Source: Elsinoe ampelina
Taxonomy: Eukaryota
Direction of reading: 5' to 3'
DNA: 64,000 nt
Assembly (NCBI GenBank): GCA_010093995.1
Contig: ML992503.1
Location: forward strand, 1,987,328-2,051,327
Shown here: positions 23,110 to 35,878 of the stretch, piece after piece
Numbering within the stretch: position 1 is the first letter of the stretch
Layout: each line of letters starts with the position of its first letter
Notes under the pieces: generated by a model
Told to the model about the DNA's origin: nothing
What the model saw: the letters and a program-made list of their open reading frames with translations, nothing else
The model's database searches: none
Made by a program: the position numbers and the translations under genes

Positions 23110-26100
23110 TTACTGTCCACTTCGTCTTCTCTTTGACGGATTTGCCGCCATGTCATCCGTTCTCCGCTTCCTTGCATCTCGTCCGTCATCTCGTCGGTCC
23201 CAGCTTTGATCTCTGGGGTCACCTCTTTGTGGCGGTGGCGGGCCATATCCTCCTCTGCTATCTGCGATCCTGTAGTCATTGGGCGGTGGCGGTCCTCTAG
23301 AATCGTCCATAGGCCGGCGGCTTGTTGCATACGGATCTTGATTCGTAGGAAACCTGGGGTCGGCTCCATATCCTGCCGCCGGTCGTGCCGGCGCTGGCGG
23401 TCCTCCACGAGCGTATGGGTCTTCCCTACCATATCCACCTCTCGAATCGACATATTCCCGATAGTCATCTCGGACTGGTCGTGATCGAGCATCCATGTCG
23501 GGTGCTCCACGGTATTCCCCACGTCGATCGTCACGTCCCATAGGGTCTCTGCTTGACTCACGGCTGTTTGGTCCACCTCGAGGCACTACGCGTGGCGCTT
23601 CTCTTGTCTGCGGCGGGTAGTCTGCTCGTTGGTCGTGAGCTGGCCGCGGTCCACCTGGTAATCCACCAGGCGAAGGCGGCAACTGCTCAGACGAGCGAGT
23701 GACACGTCCGCTCGGAGTACGCTGTGGCTCGACAGGCCTGCTCGCGGCTGCTGGTGGAGGAGGCATTTGTTGACCGCCATTGGGAGTAGATACTGCTGGG
23801 CCACTTGGCGCTGCTGTGCTGTTGGTTCTTGACGCTCTACCCCGGACCTGTGTACCTTGCACAGGACTACCTTGCAGGGTGTCATTGAGGTTTGCAAACC
23901 GCCGGTCGTTCCTGGGCCCTCCCGGCGTGGGTCCGGCTGGCGGCCCTCTTCCTCCTGGCGAAGGACCGGTTGGAGTCGCGGATTGAGGCCCGGCAGGAGG
24001 GGGCGCAGCGCTCCTCGCTGACTTAGTATCCAATGGCTCGACATGTCCTCGACGACTCGGGTGGACATTGGCGACAGAGACTCCTTCAGGCTCGCGTGCT
24101 GGTGTCGATGGGGCAGATCCAGGCCCTCTTTCGGCTCGGACCCCGTTGCGAGTCTGAGCGAATGGCTGAGATGGCATCGTCGGCGATGCACCGGATCTAG
24201 GGCCTGTTTGTGGGCCACTTGGGACAGCTCTTCTGTCGGTCGTTGCCGACCTCGGTCCAGAAGGAGCTTCTGGGGCATTGAGTCTGCCATACGTAGAGTC
24301 TTGGGAGCGGCCAGCTGCTGGTGGCGGAGGTTTGCTGGGGAATAAGTCACCAGATGGTCCGCGTGGAGGGTCGTCTTGTCGAGGGCCTGTGGGTGCGTAC
24401 TCAGCCCGGCGATCATGAGTTCCTTGTTGGGATGCTGGACCACGGTGCCGGTCAGTCTGCTGGAGTAGAGTCCGCCCATCGCGCCTAGGTGAGCTACCAC
24501 GGGACGGAGCTCGTCCATCTCTGCCAGGCTGGGGACTTTCCTCGGGTTTTCCGCTGTCTATTAAGGCTCTCCTCGCGGGATTGACAGTGTCAGAGGTTGG
24601 AGCCTGTACAGCTGTTGAGATACCGTTCGCTTTAGGGCCGTGCGGTGGGTCGTCAGCGCGCATCAATGTACGATTGATTGAACTCGCCGGACCAGTCGGA
24701 GTATCACGAGTTTCTCGCCCAGCCCGCTGATCGTGTGAACGAGTTGAGAAGCGACCATCTCCCTGCTGAGAGGCTGGAGTGCTTCGTCCGTCGTCCCTTC
24801 TGTCGACAAAGGTATCGGCACGAGTGGGAGCCTGTCCAAGATCACTTGGCCGATCAAGACGGCCGTAGCTGTCGTTCGTTTTTGGGTTCAGTCGTGAACC
24901 TGTACGAGGAGTCCTGTCATCGGGTCTACCCAGGTTCCGGGAATCTGGTCGTACGGGAGGTCTCGAATCTTGCACGAGTTGACGATCTTGGCCATGTCGG
25001 GTCGTCGGTGTGCTGCGATCTTGTTCTCTCGCGGGTGTTTCAGGTGCTCGAGATGGGCCAGACTGCCGTTGCAGACCCGGGGTTTGCTTGCTGGCATCTG
25101 GAACGTTGCTTCCAGTCGTGCCTTGTCGTGCCGAGGTCTGACTAGCCACAGAGTCAATTTCCATAGCATCACTCTTCGTAGACTCAGTTGGCCTCTTCTC
25201 ATCATTGATCTCGCCGTCTTCTTCCTCATTGCCGCCATCTGCAGTGAGCTTCTCATTGTTCGCACCTGATGCCGAGGACGTCGGCTTGAATTCGGCAGCT
25301 TGTGCATTGAGATTCATTCCTCCAGGTGTGCTTTTGGTTACCTCGCTTGGTTGTACTTCTGCAGGGTGTGGAAATTGTGCCTGCAAAAATGTTAGAGACG
25401 AGTGCTAAACAACAGGATATACTTACCATATGGAACTGCTGCACAAGAACAAAGTCTTTGGCAAGTGGCTTCAAGCTGCCAAGAAGACTGAGTGCAGCGA
25501 GTTTGAGATCTCCACGGGTGTCGCTCTCGCTGATATGGGTGACTTTCTTGATCATCTCGTTACCCATGAAATTGACGGCCGGGAATTGTGGCAGCAGGGC
25601 TTTGAGCACAATGATGGCGTTACGGATGTGCATATACTCATCCGAGTCGAAACAGGCGCTCAGGGCGTTTTTCGTAAAGCTGTGCCACTTGAACAATAGT
25701 GTCCGGAATCCCTGGTAGTCGAGAAACTTTTCGGGCACTCCGTCCTTGAAACTCCTCACGAAACCAGGCAATTGCTTCTTAGGTCCCCATGCGTTCTTCT
25801 CGTATACTTTCTCGTCGGCATGCCAAACTCGAAGGTCCTTGAAAGCCTCGTACAAGAAGCGACCCAGATTCTCAGCTTCGCGGGCAGTGGCTCCGAAGAT
25901 CAGGCTGATCAACAGGTTCTTCTTGAAGAGGTTATCATAGAGGTGCATTGTCCGGAAACCTGGGGTACCATTATTGTGCAAGAATTTGATCATAGTGAAC
26001 GTGTAGTGAGCGTCCAATGGTGATAGGAGGACACGAGGTATGAAGCAATGCTGTAGTAGACCATTGACAAGTAGAACGATTTTGTTCTGGAACCCGGCGA

Positions 26101-29100
26101 ACCAGTGGTCCTTCTCTTTTGTCAGTCGTTCACGGACCTGGGTATAAGCACCGATCTGACTCTTCATTTCGTCGCCAAGTTTGTCCTTCAGATCGTTGAT
26201 GGCCTTGATCTTGCGTTCGCGTTCCTTAGCACCAACGGCGGAAGGATCGCTCCGGTCATTCTTGATTTGATTGGCAAGGGACGTCTGATGCGCAAGCTCC
26301 TGATTGTAGCTAGAGGTATTGACGACGATGTCCTGCAGCCCAAGCGTCCAGAACGTGATGTAGAACGGTATACTGATCGACGCGGTTGTTTCTTCTCCTA
26401 GGATGGTCGGCATGGCCTCAACGAGATCTGTAAGCGCAGGATGCAGTACCGGTGATGGAACATCCTGCTTGGCGATTCCATTGACTTCGACTCCATTGAG
26501 TATTAGCTCGGTTGGTTGCTCTTTGCTTTCCTCCACGCCTTCCATCTTGACCTCGGCGGCATCCGCTTCAACCTTTGTGACAGACTGGCTATCGTCCCGC
26601 TTGATATCAGAGGCGTCGACTTGTACCATCTCCTCTGTCGAAGTTTCATCATCAGCCATGGGAACATCCTCGTTAGCGAGTGCCGGGGTACCTGATCTCG
26701 CACGAGCCTTTTCTTGCAGCTCCGCCTTCCTGAGAGCGTCAATTCTGGCGACTTGCTGTGCAATGCCCGCGCGACCAATCATGAAAGCAATCTCAGCATC
26801 AAGACCAAAATCGCGCATGAGAGCGATCGGATCAGGGACAGCTGCCGCGAAAGCCTCGACAGTCGTGTTGCTGCGGAAAGCTTCAAGATACTGGACGAAG
26901 ACCTGGTGTATCTTATCGACATTGTTGCCCAGGACCTTCAGCGGAGCGGAGCTTGCGGATTCTCGCATGGTGTACATTTGACGTTCTTGGGCGATTGAGA
27001 TAAGAATCTGACCAGCAAGACCAGAATCCGAGAGACACTTCATCAGTCTCTTGGATGTCTTCTCATTCTTGTGTCTTTCATCCGCCATCTGCTTCAGCGT
27101 TTGAGCCTGAAGAAGCTCGCCTCCAGCCATGGCCAATGTTTGCGACTCATTGAAGGCCATATCGGACTTGATACCAGCCATGGCCACGATCATCTGCTCA
27201 AGCAACTCCAGATCGGTCGAGTTGCCTTTGCGGAGCTCACTTGCCACGTAGTGGAGAACTGGTGTTGGATCGCAAAGATTGTAGCGTTTGTAGATCGCTC
27301 CAGCAAAAGAGGAAAGTGCTCGGAGCCATGATGATGTCAACATGCCATCCTTCTGTATCCGATCTCTACTGTTGCCGCCCAGGGCATTGAGCAGACACCA
27401 GGTCAAGACATCGTAGCCAAGAAATGTAAAGTAGCGAGAGCATTCCACGAAAACCTCGATCAGATTCTCGTATGACTCCATCTGGTTGATAGCCGTCTGG
27501 AGCACGATACCAGGAGAACCGTAAGCGATTTTCGCCAGCGATTTGCCCATACTGCGGATATTTGTCTTGCTGATTCGCTTCAGTACGTCCCTCGATTCCA
27601 GTCGTGTTCTGTCAAAGGCTCGCTTGACGTCAGGCAATCTTGCTGTAGGTCCAAAATGCCATTCCGCGTAGATGGAATATCGTGTTGCTGTGGGGAAGAG
27701 TCTCAGAAGATCGAAGACCTCGTTCGCAGTGTTTGGGTTCCGTGTTGTGAGACTCAGAGCTGGTACTAGCAGTCGCTTCAGGAGATCAATCCACCGTGAT
27801 TCATTTTCGTGCGATCGATCCTCGCCTAGACTTCGTTTTCCGATCCGGGCAAGCTTCAACAGTAGCGACGCATCTTGACCAATCTTGACACCCGACAGGT
27901 TCAGAAATGTGCTGCACATGAGGAACACATCATCTACAGTCTGACAGATCGGGACGTTGTCGGACCAGTCGTCCCAGTAGAACTTGTAGGACAGACCATC
28001 ACCATGATCAGCCATATCCATGTCGGCCCATCTCTTTGGTCGACGTTGTGGCGAAGGCTTGAGATTGATTGTCCCCTTTGGCAGTCCTACGGGATCGCCA
28101 ATCAAAGGAGTTGGTACGTCTAGATCTTGCCGCTCGTGAAGCGGACGAACGTCTTCGTAGACTTTGCTCAACATGTGGTGGAGAATGCGATGGATGTGCT
28201 TGGGTAAGTCTGGTACCAGATCTGCGAGCCACGGGAACTTGCCAAGAATGAAGAGCGCTTCTGGAATAGCACCTATTACCAGAAGACTCTTCAACAGAGC
28301 AATTTTCTGATCTGGTGGTTCAGGAAGTTGCTCAGGCGCATCTTCGACAGGTTTCGGGGTGCCTTCAGGTTTTGGCGAGCTCGCTTTGCTCGAAGAGGTG
28401 TCGCGAAGACTCTTGACAGCCGGTAGTGCAGGCGCGGTATCGTCGGGTAGAGCCCCGGACATTGCCAGCTTGTTTGGGCCGCCTCCAGGTCGGTTGGCAA
28501 ACTCGCGTTCCTCGAGCTCCTTTTCGAGGCGCGCCTTTACCTCATCCATCTTTTCGTCGGGCGGGTATAGATGACCGTAGAGATCGCGCAGACTGATGAA
28601 ACCAATTTTAATCAATAGTGCTGACAAGTAGATCAGATTGTCAGGCATTACATCGGTCTTGTCCCGGGCCGGAGACGTGTAGAAGGCAAGCTTGAATCCG
28701 AGGAGATTTGCGGCATCTGGATTGCCGAGAGGAGGTAATGTTCGCGTTGCTCGCATCCATTTGCGACGATCATTCAGCCGTAGTCGCTTAGTCTTGTTCT
28801 TCTCAACACCGTTTCGATCCTTGTCGTCGTCCTTCGCCTCTAGCTCAGAGTTCAGCAGAGCTTGTACAGCGTCATCGTCGAAGTTGACTATCCATTTGGC
28901 ACCGATTTCGGAAAAGGCGTTCAAGCCGCGTTCTCGAACATCTTGCCAGAACCGCACGTCTCTCGCTTCGGTCAAAGGCCGCAGTCGAGCCAGTCGCTCA
29001 GTCTCCTCGGATCCAACACCCCAGTCAGTTGAGCTTGGTAGTGCCCAGTCTGGCAAAGTATCGAAGCCCTGTCCTTGCCATTTGATGACATCAGGACATT

Positions 29101-30181
29101 CGAGATCAGGCCACCATGAGCTTGCTCGAATAAATTTGGCAAAGAAGCGGAAGTTCCGCACAAGAAGATTTGCGAATACGTCCAAAGTGATATCCAGAAC
29201 GCGGCCAACATCTAGGTCGAAAGATCCGACGAGCGCCTTGACCCTTTCGAAGGCATCAAGCGCCAAGGTGGGAGGGGAGTCGGATGCGCTAGCATTGATA
29301 GCAATGTTGAAGTACTCGGTGATCAGCTTCGCGTATCCCTCGCTTTCCTCCCGGAGTAGATTGTAGTTGGATTGTCGGTAGAGGTGATTCGTGATGAGTC
29401 TCGTCTTCTGCCGTGTGAACTTCTCTCTGGACATGCCCAGTGCCTCGATGCAGTCAGTCTCGAGCGCGAGTCGCCATATCTCTGCCGGGACACCGGAAGC
29501 AAAGACCAGCTCAGAAGTAGAGGATCGTTTCCAGTCCGCTGGTGGGGTCAATGCAATGGTATCCACGAATATATCTTCCAATGGCGAGCCTCCCATCTCA
29601 GGCGTCCGAGACTTTTGTATCTCCTTGAAGACTTCTCCGGCTGACCTAGGATCTATTCTTTTGCGGATGGCTGATCTGACGAGCTCTTGTACCCAGTAGC
29701 CAACTTGACCGTCGTCAAAAATGGGTTGTACGACCTCTTTGAATCGCTCCTTGCCTTCCGCAGACCACGTTGCAGCAATCTCATCAGTCAGAATTTCGTA
29801 GTGGAAAGTTTCCGTATCGTCGAGAGGCGGTGATGGCTGACGGACAGGCGCAGGTCTGGGAGGTGGAGGTCGCGCGATTGGTGTAGCTGCAGGAGTACTC
29901 GATTGAGGTCGTCCTCCATGTTGTGCAATCGGTGATCTGATTGTAGGTGTCTGGTTGGAGGGAGAGCTTCGAAAGTCCGGTTGCTGGGGATCTCTTCTAG
30001 AAATGTCGAAAGCTTGACCGGAGCCACCTCTTCTGCCTCGGTCTCCTCTGCTTTGCCCTCTGCCATCATTGCGCGTTCCATGCTGAGCCATAGGTAATGC
30101 TTCCGGACGATGAGGGGACGGCCGACCTTCGTCCTGTGAGTAAGGTCGATCGTTCCTTTTGCGCTTCCCACTAGGCGCCAT
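23110..30181 (-). CDS. THO2: THO complex subunit 2 (Tho2/Rlr1), about 2340 aa
   Basis: Exons 30181-25427 and 25380-23110 (intron 25426-25381, GTAAGT..CTAAC..CAG). Motifs LYRQSNYNLLREESEGYAKL, LVGSFDLDVGRVLD, FYITFWTLGLQD and EYMHIRNAIIVL. Long disordered C-terminal exon. Confidence 0.93.
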
Positions 30182-32305
30182 TCCCACTACCAGCGCGCGA
30201 GCGCGCGACCCCGATGAAGATCGCCGGGCAGGAATTCACGTGCTTGTCATGTCAAGTGAGAAAAAGTAGATCTACAGAGTGCTGATCCTATTATGCTGGT
30301 AGTATTCGATGACCAGATATACGGACGATCGAGACTTGTAGGATGATGGAAGTCCTTCTGGAAGAGTAGGAATTGAGAACCGATGCAGGGTAGTGGAATT
30401 GATAGCTGGTTGTTGCCTTCGTGTGAGTCTCTTGTCATCTGAGAGACCAAGCTACAGGTACACCTCATTTTGCCTTGACGTGCTTAGCGCCTTGGCAGAT
30501 CCGCACAAGCGGAGCCGCATCGCTCGACTTTTCCTCCTCGGCGATACGTCGTTCTCAGATTCACAAATTGTCCCAACACCGCCGACCACCCTCCCGATCA
30601 CGCTGCTACGGTCGGATTCTCAGTTCGATGTACGCCGAACCACCTGGAGCGTACTTATTGCGCGATCAAGCGGTTCATATCGACTCGACGCAAGTTGTCT
30701 AAGGCGCAAGATCGTGCAGATGCAACACTCATCCATTTACTGACCTTGACGACTAATCGTTTCTCACACAGTGCTTTGAATCATCTGCTGATGCTGATCA
30801 AACCAGAAAGGCGCATGAGTGAAGACCTTCTGCAAAGCCACCAGTCAATCAGACCTGGATATCTCGTGACGCTTCGACGAGTGACCCTGCCATACTGGCT
30901 TCCAAACTTCAGTTGACATGGAAGGTTCCGAGCTGTCACAAGTAAATCCAGACTCAATCATCGCCCGTGCTGGAACTGGACTCTCGTCGTGCTGTATAGC
31001 CGAATCTTGTGGCTCTCAAATCTACTAGGGTCCTCGCGCGACATTGCTCATACCTTGCGCCGCCTTGGATATTTTGCTTGTTCCATCACTTTGGATCTTG
31101 CAATTGTTCTCTGTCTCACATCAGCTGTGCCTTGCGGTAATGCACGCAATCTCCCGGCCTTGTCGCTGACTCTTTCGACTTGGTAAGACTTGCCCGACCA
31201 GCTGCATATGCAAGCGTAGCACATCAATTCCCCGGCCTCGATCAGTTGCAGTTTCCATTGAGGTAGACTTCTCAAAGCAATGATCTTCGTTTCTTCGACG
31301 AGCAAATGCAATATAGAGCCTCAGGGTATTTCTCTCGAAGCATGGTTATAGGCTGGGATCTTTGGAGTAGTTTTTCCTGCCTTTCAGCCTGTAGATCTAT
31401 CCAACTGTGGGCTTCTCTTTTGCCAGATAAACGGACCAGGAGTCCTCCGCCGCTTTGTTGCAGCAGAGCGTTTCATCTGCCGTTTTTGTAACCCATATAG
31501 TGTAGAGATGGAAAGTGGATGAGCTCGAATGGGACAGACCTGGAAAGGCATACTACGGTAGCTTCGTCGGCCAAGCGATTAGCCCCCTCGTATAATCGAT
31601 GGCGAGGAAGCCTTCACTGGTCATGGTCGACATGGTCGTCATATATCACACTCGCATAGTCCAACACAAGACTCCTCACAAGCCAAAGAACGCAAAGAAT
31701 GATGCACCCTCCAGGAATCATACCCGATCCTGCTGCTCGCAATTTGTTGCTAGTATGGACTACCCTCGCAAGGCACTGAAGAGAACGAGAACCTCGATAT
31801 CATATATCGGCAATGCTACCAATGAACCAAGAATGCCATCTCATTCTAGATAATTTTGAGCCAAAGATGAGGAGCTGACAGAGTTCATTGATTTATATAA
31901 TCGTAATATCCGCTCCATCAGCAGTCTCACGCTTTAGAAGTATACCATCTGTCAGAACAGAGAGGCAGCAAATTCAGGTAGCCTGTGTAACTTCTTGCTT
32001 ACCTAGAGATCATCGTGACCAAGATTTGTAAAGGTAGGTACCGATACATATCGCAGAGCAGCTTGAAAATTGTTCCAAGATGCTGAACGCCCGCCACGTC
32101 CTTTGACATGGACTTCGCTGGTCGCCTAGTGCTGACCTTGACCAGTCTCTAGCCATCTCCGAATAGGCGCCTGCCTATTTCGGTCGACAGTGGTGGATGG
32201 CGTTGGTACAAAGTTGTCTGCCTGAAGCTGGATTTCTTCCGTCAGCTCTCCTCCCATCTTGACATATTCGAAGTACTACGACATCAGCAAAGCGGCGACT
32301 CATTC

Positions 32306-34258
32306 ATGGATCGCTACGAACAATGGCTCGAATCGCAAATCCCGCAACATCCTCGCCTGTCTCCGGATGGTACTAAGGTCATATACGCAACAGGCTTGCC
32401 ATTGGGGCACAAGAAGGACGATAACCCCGTCTCCTCCATTTGGATTGCGGACGTCGGCAAGGAGAGATCAGCCCGCCAATTGACCACAGGACTTTTCAAT
32501 GATGAACGACCTCAATGGACACCGGACGGCTCCTCCATCATCTTCACCTCGGATCGCAAGGAAGCTGGAAAGAAGACTGGACTCTACCAGCTGTCCCTTT
32601 CCGGAGGGGAAGCTGTCCTGTTGACTGATGCCGATCACGAGATGTCAATCGGCCCATTCGCAGTCAGCCCCAATGGCAAGTACATCGCCATGCTAAGACC
32701 TGACGAAACAACACCTGAACAGAGACGTCAGGATGAAGACACCGGGGAGGTCGATGTATGGGGTGATCGATGGGAGTTCAATCGTCTGAAATTGATTCAC
32801 CTGCTCACGCGGACTATCCAGACAATCGTCACTGGAGACTACCACATAGTTGATCTGGTCTGGACATCAGATTCGAAATCCATCATATACAAGACCCAGT
32901 ACACGCCCGAGCTTGAAAGCCCATTCATCGCCGACTCGTTCATCGATAAAGTAGACATTACATCAAAGGATATTAAGCTAGTAAGCAAGTGCGAGTATTT
33001 GAGTTGGTCTCCAGAGCCGAGCCTCCACTTGGTAGGTGATCGAGTATACGTCGTCGGCACCATGAAAGCAGGCGTCTCCTCGACTTCTTCCGGGATATAT
33101 AGTATTTCTCTACAAGATGGAAGCTGGAAGCATGAGGTCGGTGGCCAAAACTACTGTGCTACCCAGCTTGCATCTTCAGGAGAAGTCATTGTGGCGCACA
33201 CGATGAACGATTTACACGACGAGATCCGGCCCCTCTCCGGCAATGCCCATTTCAGCGAGTTCTGCGATGTCAGGGCTGTCAGCGTGGCTGCGACCGAATC
33301 ATCGACAGTGTTCGCCATCGTCAAGACGACCATCAATGAGCCGCCGGAAGTCTACACCTTCACGAGCGAGGACGAAACCCCAATCCAAGTCTCTTCCCAC
33401 GCCTCTATCTCATCCGAGCCCAGCAACATAGCCCTCCAGATCCACATCCCCTCTACCGACGGCGACGTCGAGCTCGACGGCGTCTTCGTTTACCCATCAT
33501 CCCTATCGACCTCCGACCGTCCCACGAAACCACTACCGACCCTCATCGATCCTCACGGTGGTCCTTACAGCCGACGAACCAACACTTTCCTCCCCGGCTA
33601 CGGCTGGACCCACGCCCTCCTCGCCCAAGGCTACGCCGTCCTCCAAACCAACTACCGCGGCGGTGCCTCCCACGGCGCCCACTTCGCCGGGCCCTACACC
33701 GCCGGCACAAAAGATTACGACGACATCATCGCCCTGACGAACCACATGGTCAAGACCGGCTTCTCGGACCCCAACAACCTCATTATCGGCGGGTGGTCCC
33801 AGGGCGGTTTCCTCACTTACCTCGCGGCCGTGCGCAACGGGACGCATGGCTTCGGGTGGAGCTTCAAGGGCGGCATCGCTGGCGCCGGCGTGACGGACTG
33901 GGATACGATGGTGGTGACGTCCGATATCCCGAAGATGGAAGCGGAGATTGGGGGCGGGGGCGCGCCGTGGGAGGTGGACAAGACGGACGTCAAGGCTAGG
34001 ACGGGGAGTGCGTTGTGGGAGTTCAAGGATGCGGCGAAGGAGGGGAGGGTTCCGCCTATGTTGTTGCTGCATGGGAAGGAGGACGTGAGGGTGCCGCTTA
34101 CCCAGGCTTGGGGGTTTCATAGGGCGTGTAGGCAGTATGGGATTGAGTGTGAGATGGCGACGTATCCGAGGGCGGGACACTTGGTGAAGGAGAGGAAGCA
34201 GTTGATGGATATGATGAGGAGGGTGTTGAGGTTTTGCGATGTGCATTTTACGACTTGA
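32306..34258 (+). CDS. S9 family serine peptidase (acylaminoacyl/dipeptidyl aminopeptidase-like; beta-propeller + alpha/beta hydrolase)
   Basis: Intronless 650 aa. PD40-like repeats (LSPDG, WTPDG, VSPNG), PHGGP, NYRGG, nucleophile GWSQGG, HGKEDVRVP and YPRAGH. No signal peptide. Confidence 0.9.
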   Translation: MDRYEQWLESQIPQHPRLSPDGTKVIYATGLPLGHKKDDNPVSSIWIADVGKERSARQLTTGLFNDERPQWTPDGSSIIFTSDRKEAGKKTGLYQLSLSGGEAVLLTDADHEMSIGPFAVSPNGKYIAMLRPDETTPEQRRQDEDTGEVDVWGDRWEFNRLKLIHLLTRTIQTIVTGDYHIVDLVWTSDSKSIIYKTQYTPELESPFIADSFIDKVDITSKDIKLVSKCEYLSWSPEPSLHLVGDRVYVVGTMKAGVSSTSSGIYSISLQDGSWKHEVGGQNYCATQLASSGEVIVAHTMNDLHDEIRPLSGNAHFSEFCDVRAVSVAATESSTVFAIVKTTINEPPEVYTFTSEDETPIQVSSHASISSEPSNIALQIHIPSTDGDVELDGVFVYPSSLSTSDRPTKPLPTLIDPHGGPYSRRTNTFLPGYGWTHALLAQGYAVLQTNYRGGASHGAHFAGPYTAGTKDYDDIIALTNHMVKTGFSDPNNLIIGGWSQGGFLTYLAAVRNGTHGFGWSFKGGIAGAGVTDWDTMVVTSDIPKMEAEIGGGGAPWEVDKTDVKARTGSALWEFKDAAKEGRVPPMLLLHGKEDVRVPLTQAWGFHRACRQYGIECEMATYPRAGHLVKERKQLMDMMRRVLRFCDVHFTT

Positions 34259-34452
34259 TGAGACCTGGTGATAATGATCTGTTGTTCCATAGTATTACAG
34301 CTAAGCTAGATGGGGGGTATTTCTTCACCATACGAAATGCCGCGCTGTGCATGTAAAGATGTTGTGCCGCCGAAAGCAGAAGCTGAATAGATCTCGCTGT
34401 CGTTCTGGAAAAGTCTGCCGTTGCCTGTTCATCATGTCGTCTCCGCACAGGA

Positions 34453-35387
34453 TCAAGTCAGTCCTGTTGCTCCTCCTATTCCGCCGACTGCTGTGCCTTT
34501 AATATTGCCCGGCGCTTGTGCAAGCTTCTTGGGTGTTCCCTTGACCTTCTCCCCAGCGTCACCAAGCCCGGCTTGTTTCGTCACGCCATTGACACCATTA
34601 GTGGCAGCATCCGTGTTGACCTGCTTCTTCGCGCCATTGACGCCCTTTTTAGCCTGGCTCATTGGCGAGTCGGCTCGTTTCTTAACATCTGCTCCACTGG
34701 TCGTGCCTGAATCTTCTTCCGATTTGTTCTGCTTCTTTGGAGTACCATTTGTGTCGGGCTTCGGAGCATGGTGAGGGGATGCCCCTTTCCTCCAATCTTC
34801 GTGTGATGTGCCCAACTGACGCTCAACCCATCCTTCCCGCGCGTTGTCCATAACAAAGTTGAGATTGTTGCCTGTCAAAGAATTCAATTTGTCCCCGATT
34901 GTGTCACCCTTAGCACCTGGGGCCGAGTCCTTGTTGAACCATTTGAAGAGGTAGAATCCACCCAGTCCCCAGAGGAAGAGGAACGTTGCTGTGAGTGTGG
35001 TAAAGAACACGGTCGGGAAGAGGATGAGAAGTGCCACACCCACGGCGAAAAGCGTGAAAGCTACCGCTGCTAGGAGTGCCACTACCAAAGCCACGATGAG
35101 GGCAAAGACGAAGACCGTGAGGGAGAAGAACGCGAAGAGGATGAGTGGTCCTGCTGAGAGGGCGACATTTGTGAGGAGGAAAGCCTGGCTGCGTTAATGT
35201 ATTGATCTCGGCTCATGGGGATGCGTATACTCACCGAGACTTTTGGATTCTTGAGCACGAAAGCCTTGATTCTCGCTAATAACTCTGCCCTCTTCTCGGG
35301 TGGGAAGAAGCTGTCTAACAAACTCTTGCCCTTTGCTGCAATCGAGCTGCCGAAGCCATCAAGCTTGCTCAGGATAGCCGCCGACAT
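34453..35387 (-). CDS. promethin / LDAF1-like lipid-droplet membrane protein
   Basis: Exons 35387-35235 and 35184-34453 (intron 35234-35185). An uninterrupted hydrophobic block of about 80 aa (AFLLTNVALSAGPL…FLFLWGLGGFY) is followed by a Lys-rich tail. Confidence 0.7.
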
Positions 35388-35878
35388 GTTGCCGAGAGCA
35401 GTCTAGAAAAGCTGGTGTCGAGCTGCAGAACGATCGAAGGAGCTCGGGATGCGTTCGTCGGCTCGTATGTAGATATATCGTACCGCTTGACGCGTGTGGT
35501 TTATAGAAAAGGAGCTTGAAACGGCCGTGATTAAATTATCGATTGGTAGTTGACATGTGAAGACGCATGCCAATCAGGAACAAGAATGGAAGAAGAGGCC
35601 GTCCAGAACTGGACGAGGTGGAAGAATTGAAGTCGACGAAGTGCATGCATGCAAACCTGATATTAAACGATCTACAAGGACTAAAAGCAGGGCCTTCGAC
35701 CTGGTTGTAGGAGCATGAGCCAGGATCTTGGTTGGTTTTGTGTTTGTGCCTCTTCGTCATGCTGCGTCGCCAAAAAAGTGGAGAATGACGATCACTCACG
35801 TGATACTGAAAGTTTTGTGTGGGGAAATCGAAGATTGACATTTTTTTGATCAACGAGCCAGCCACAACACAGTAAATC

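Noticed and set aside
23110..30181. Functional link between THO2 (R-loop prevention) and the G/C skew elements
   Set aside because: THO acts in trans genome-wide, so its presence here is coincidental. The gene itself shows no sharp switch.
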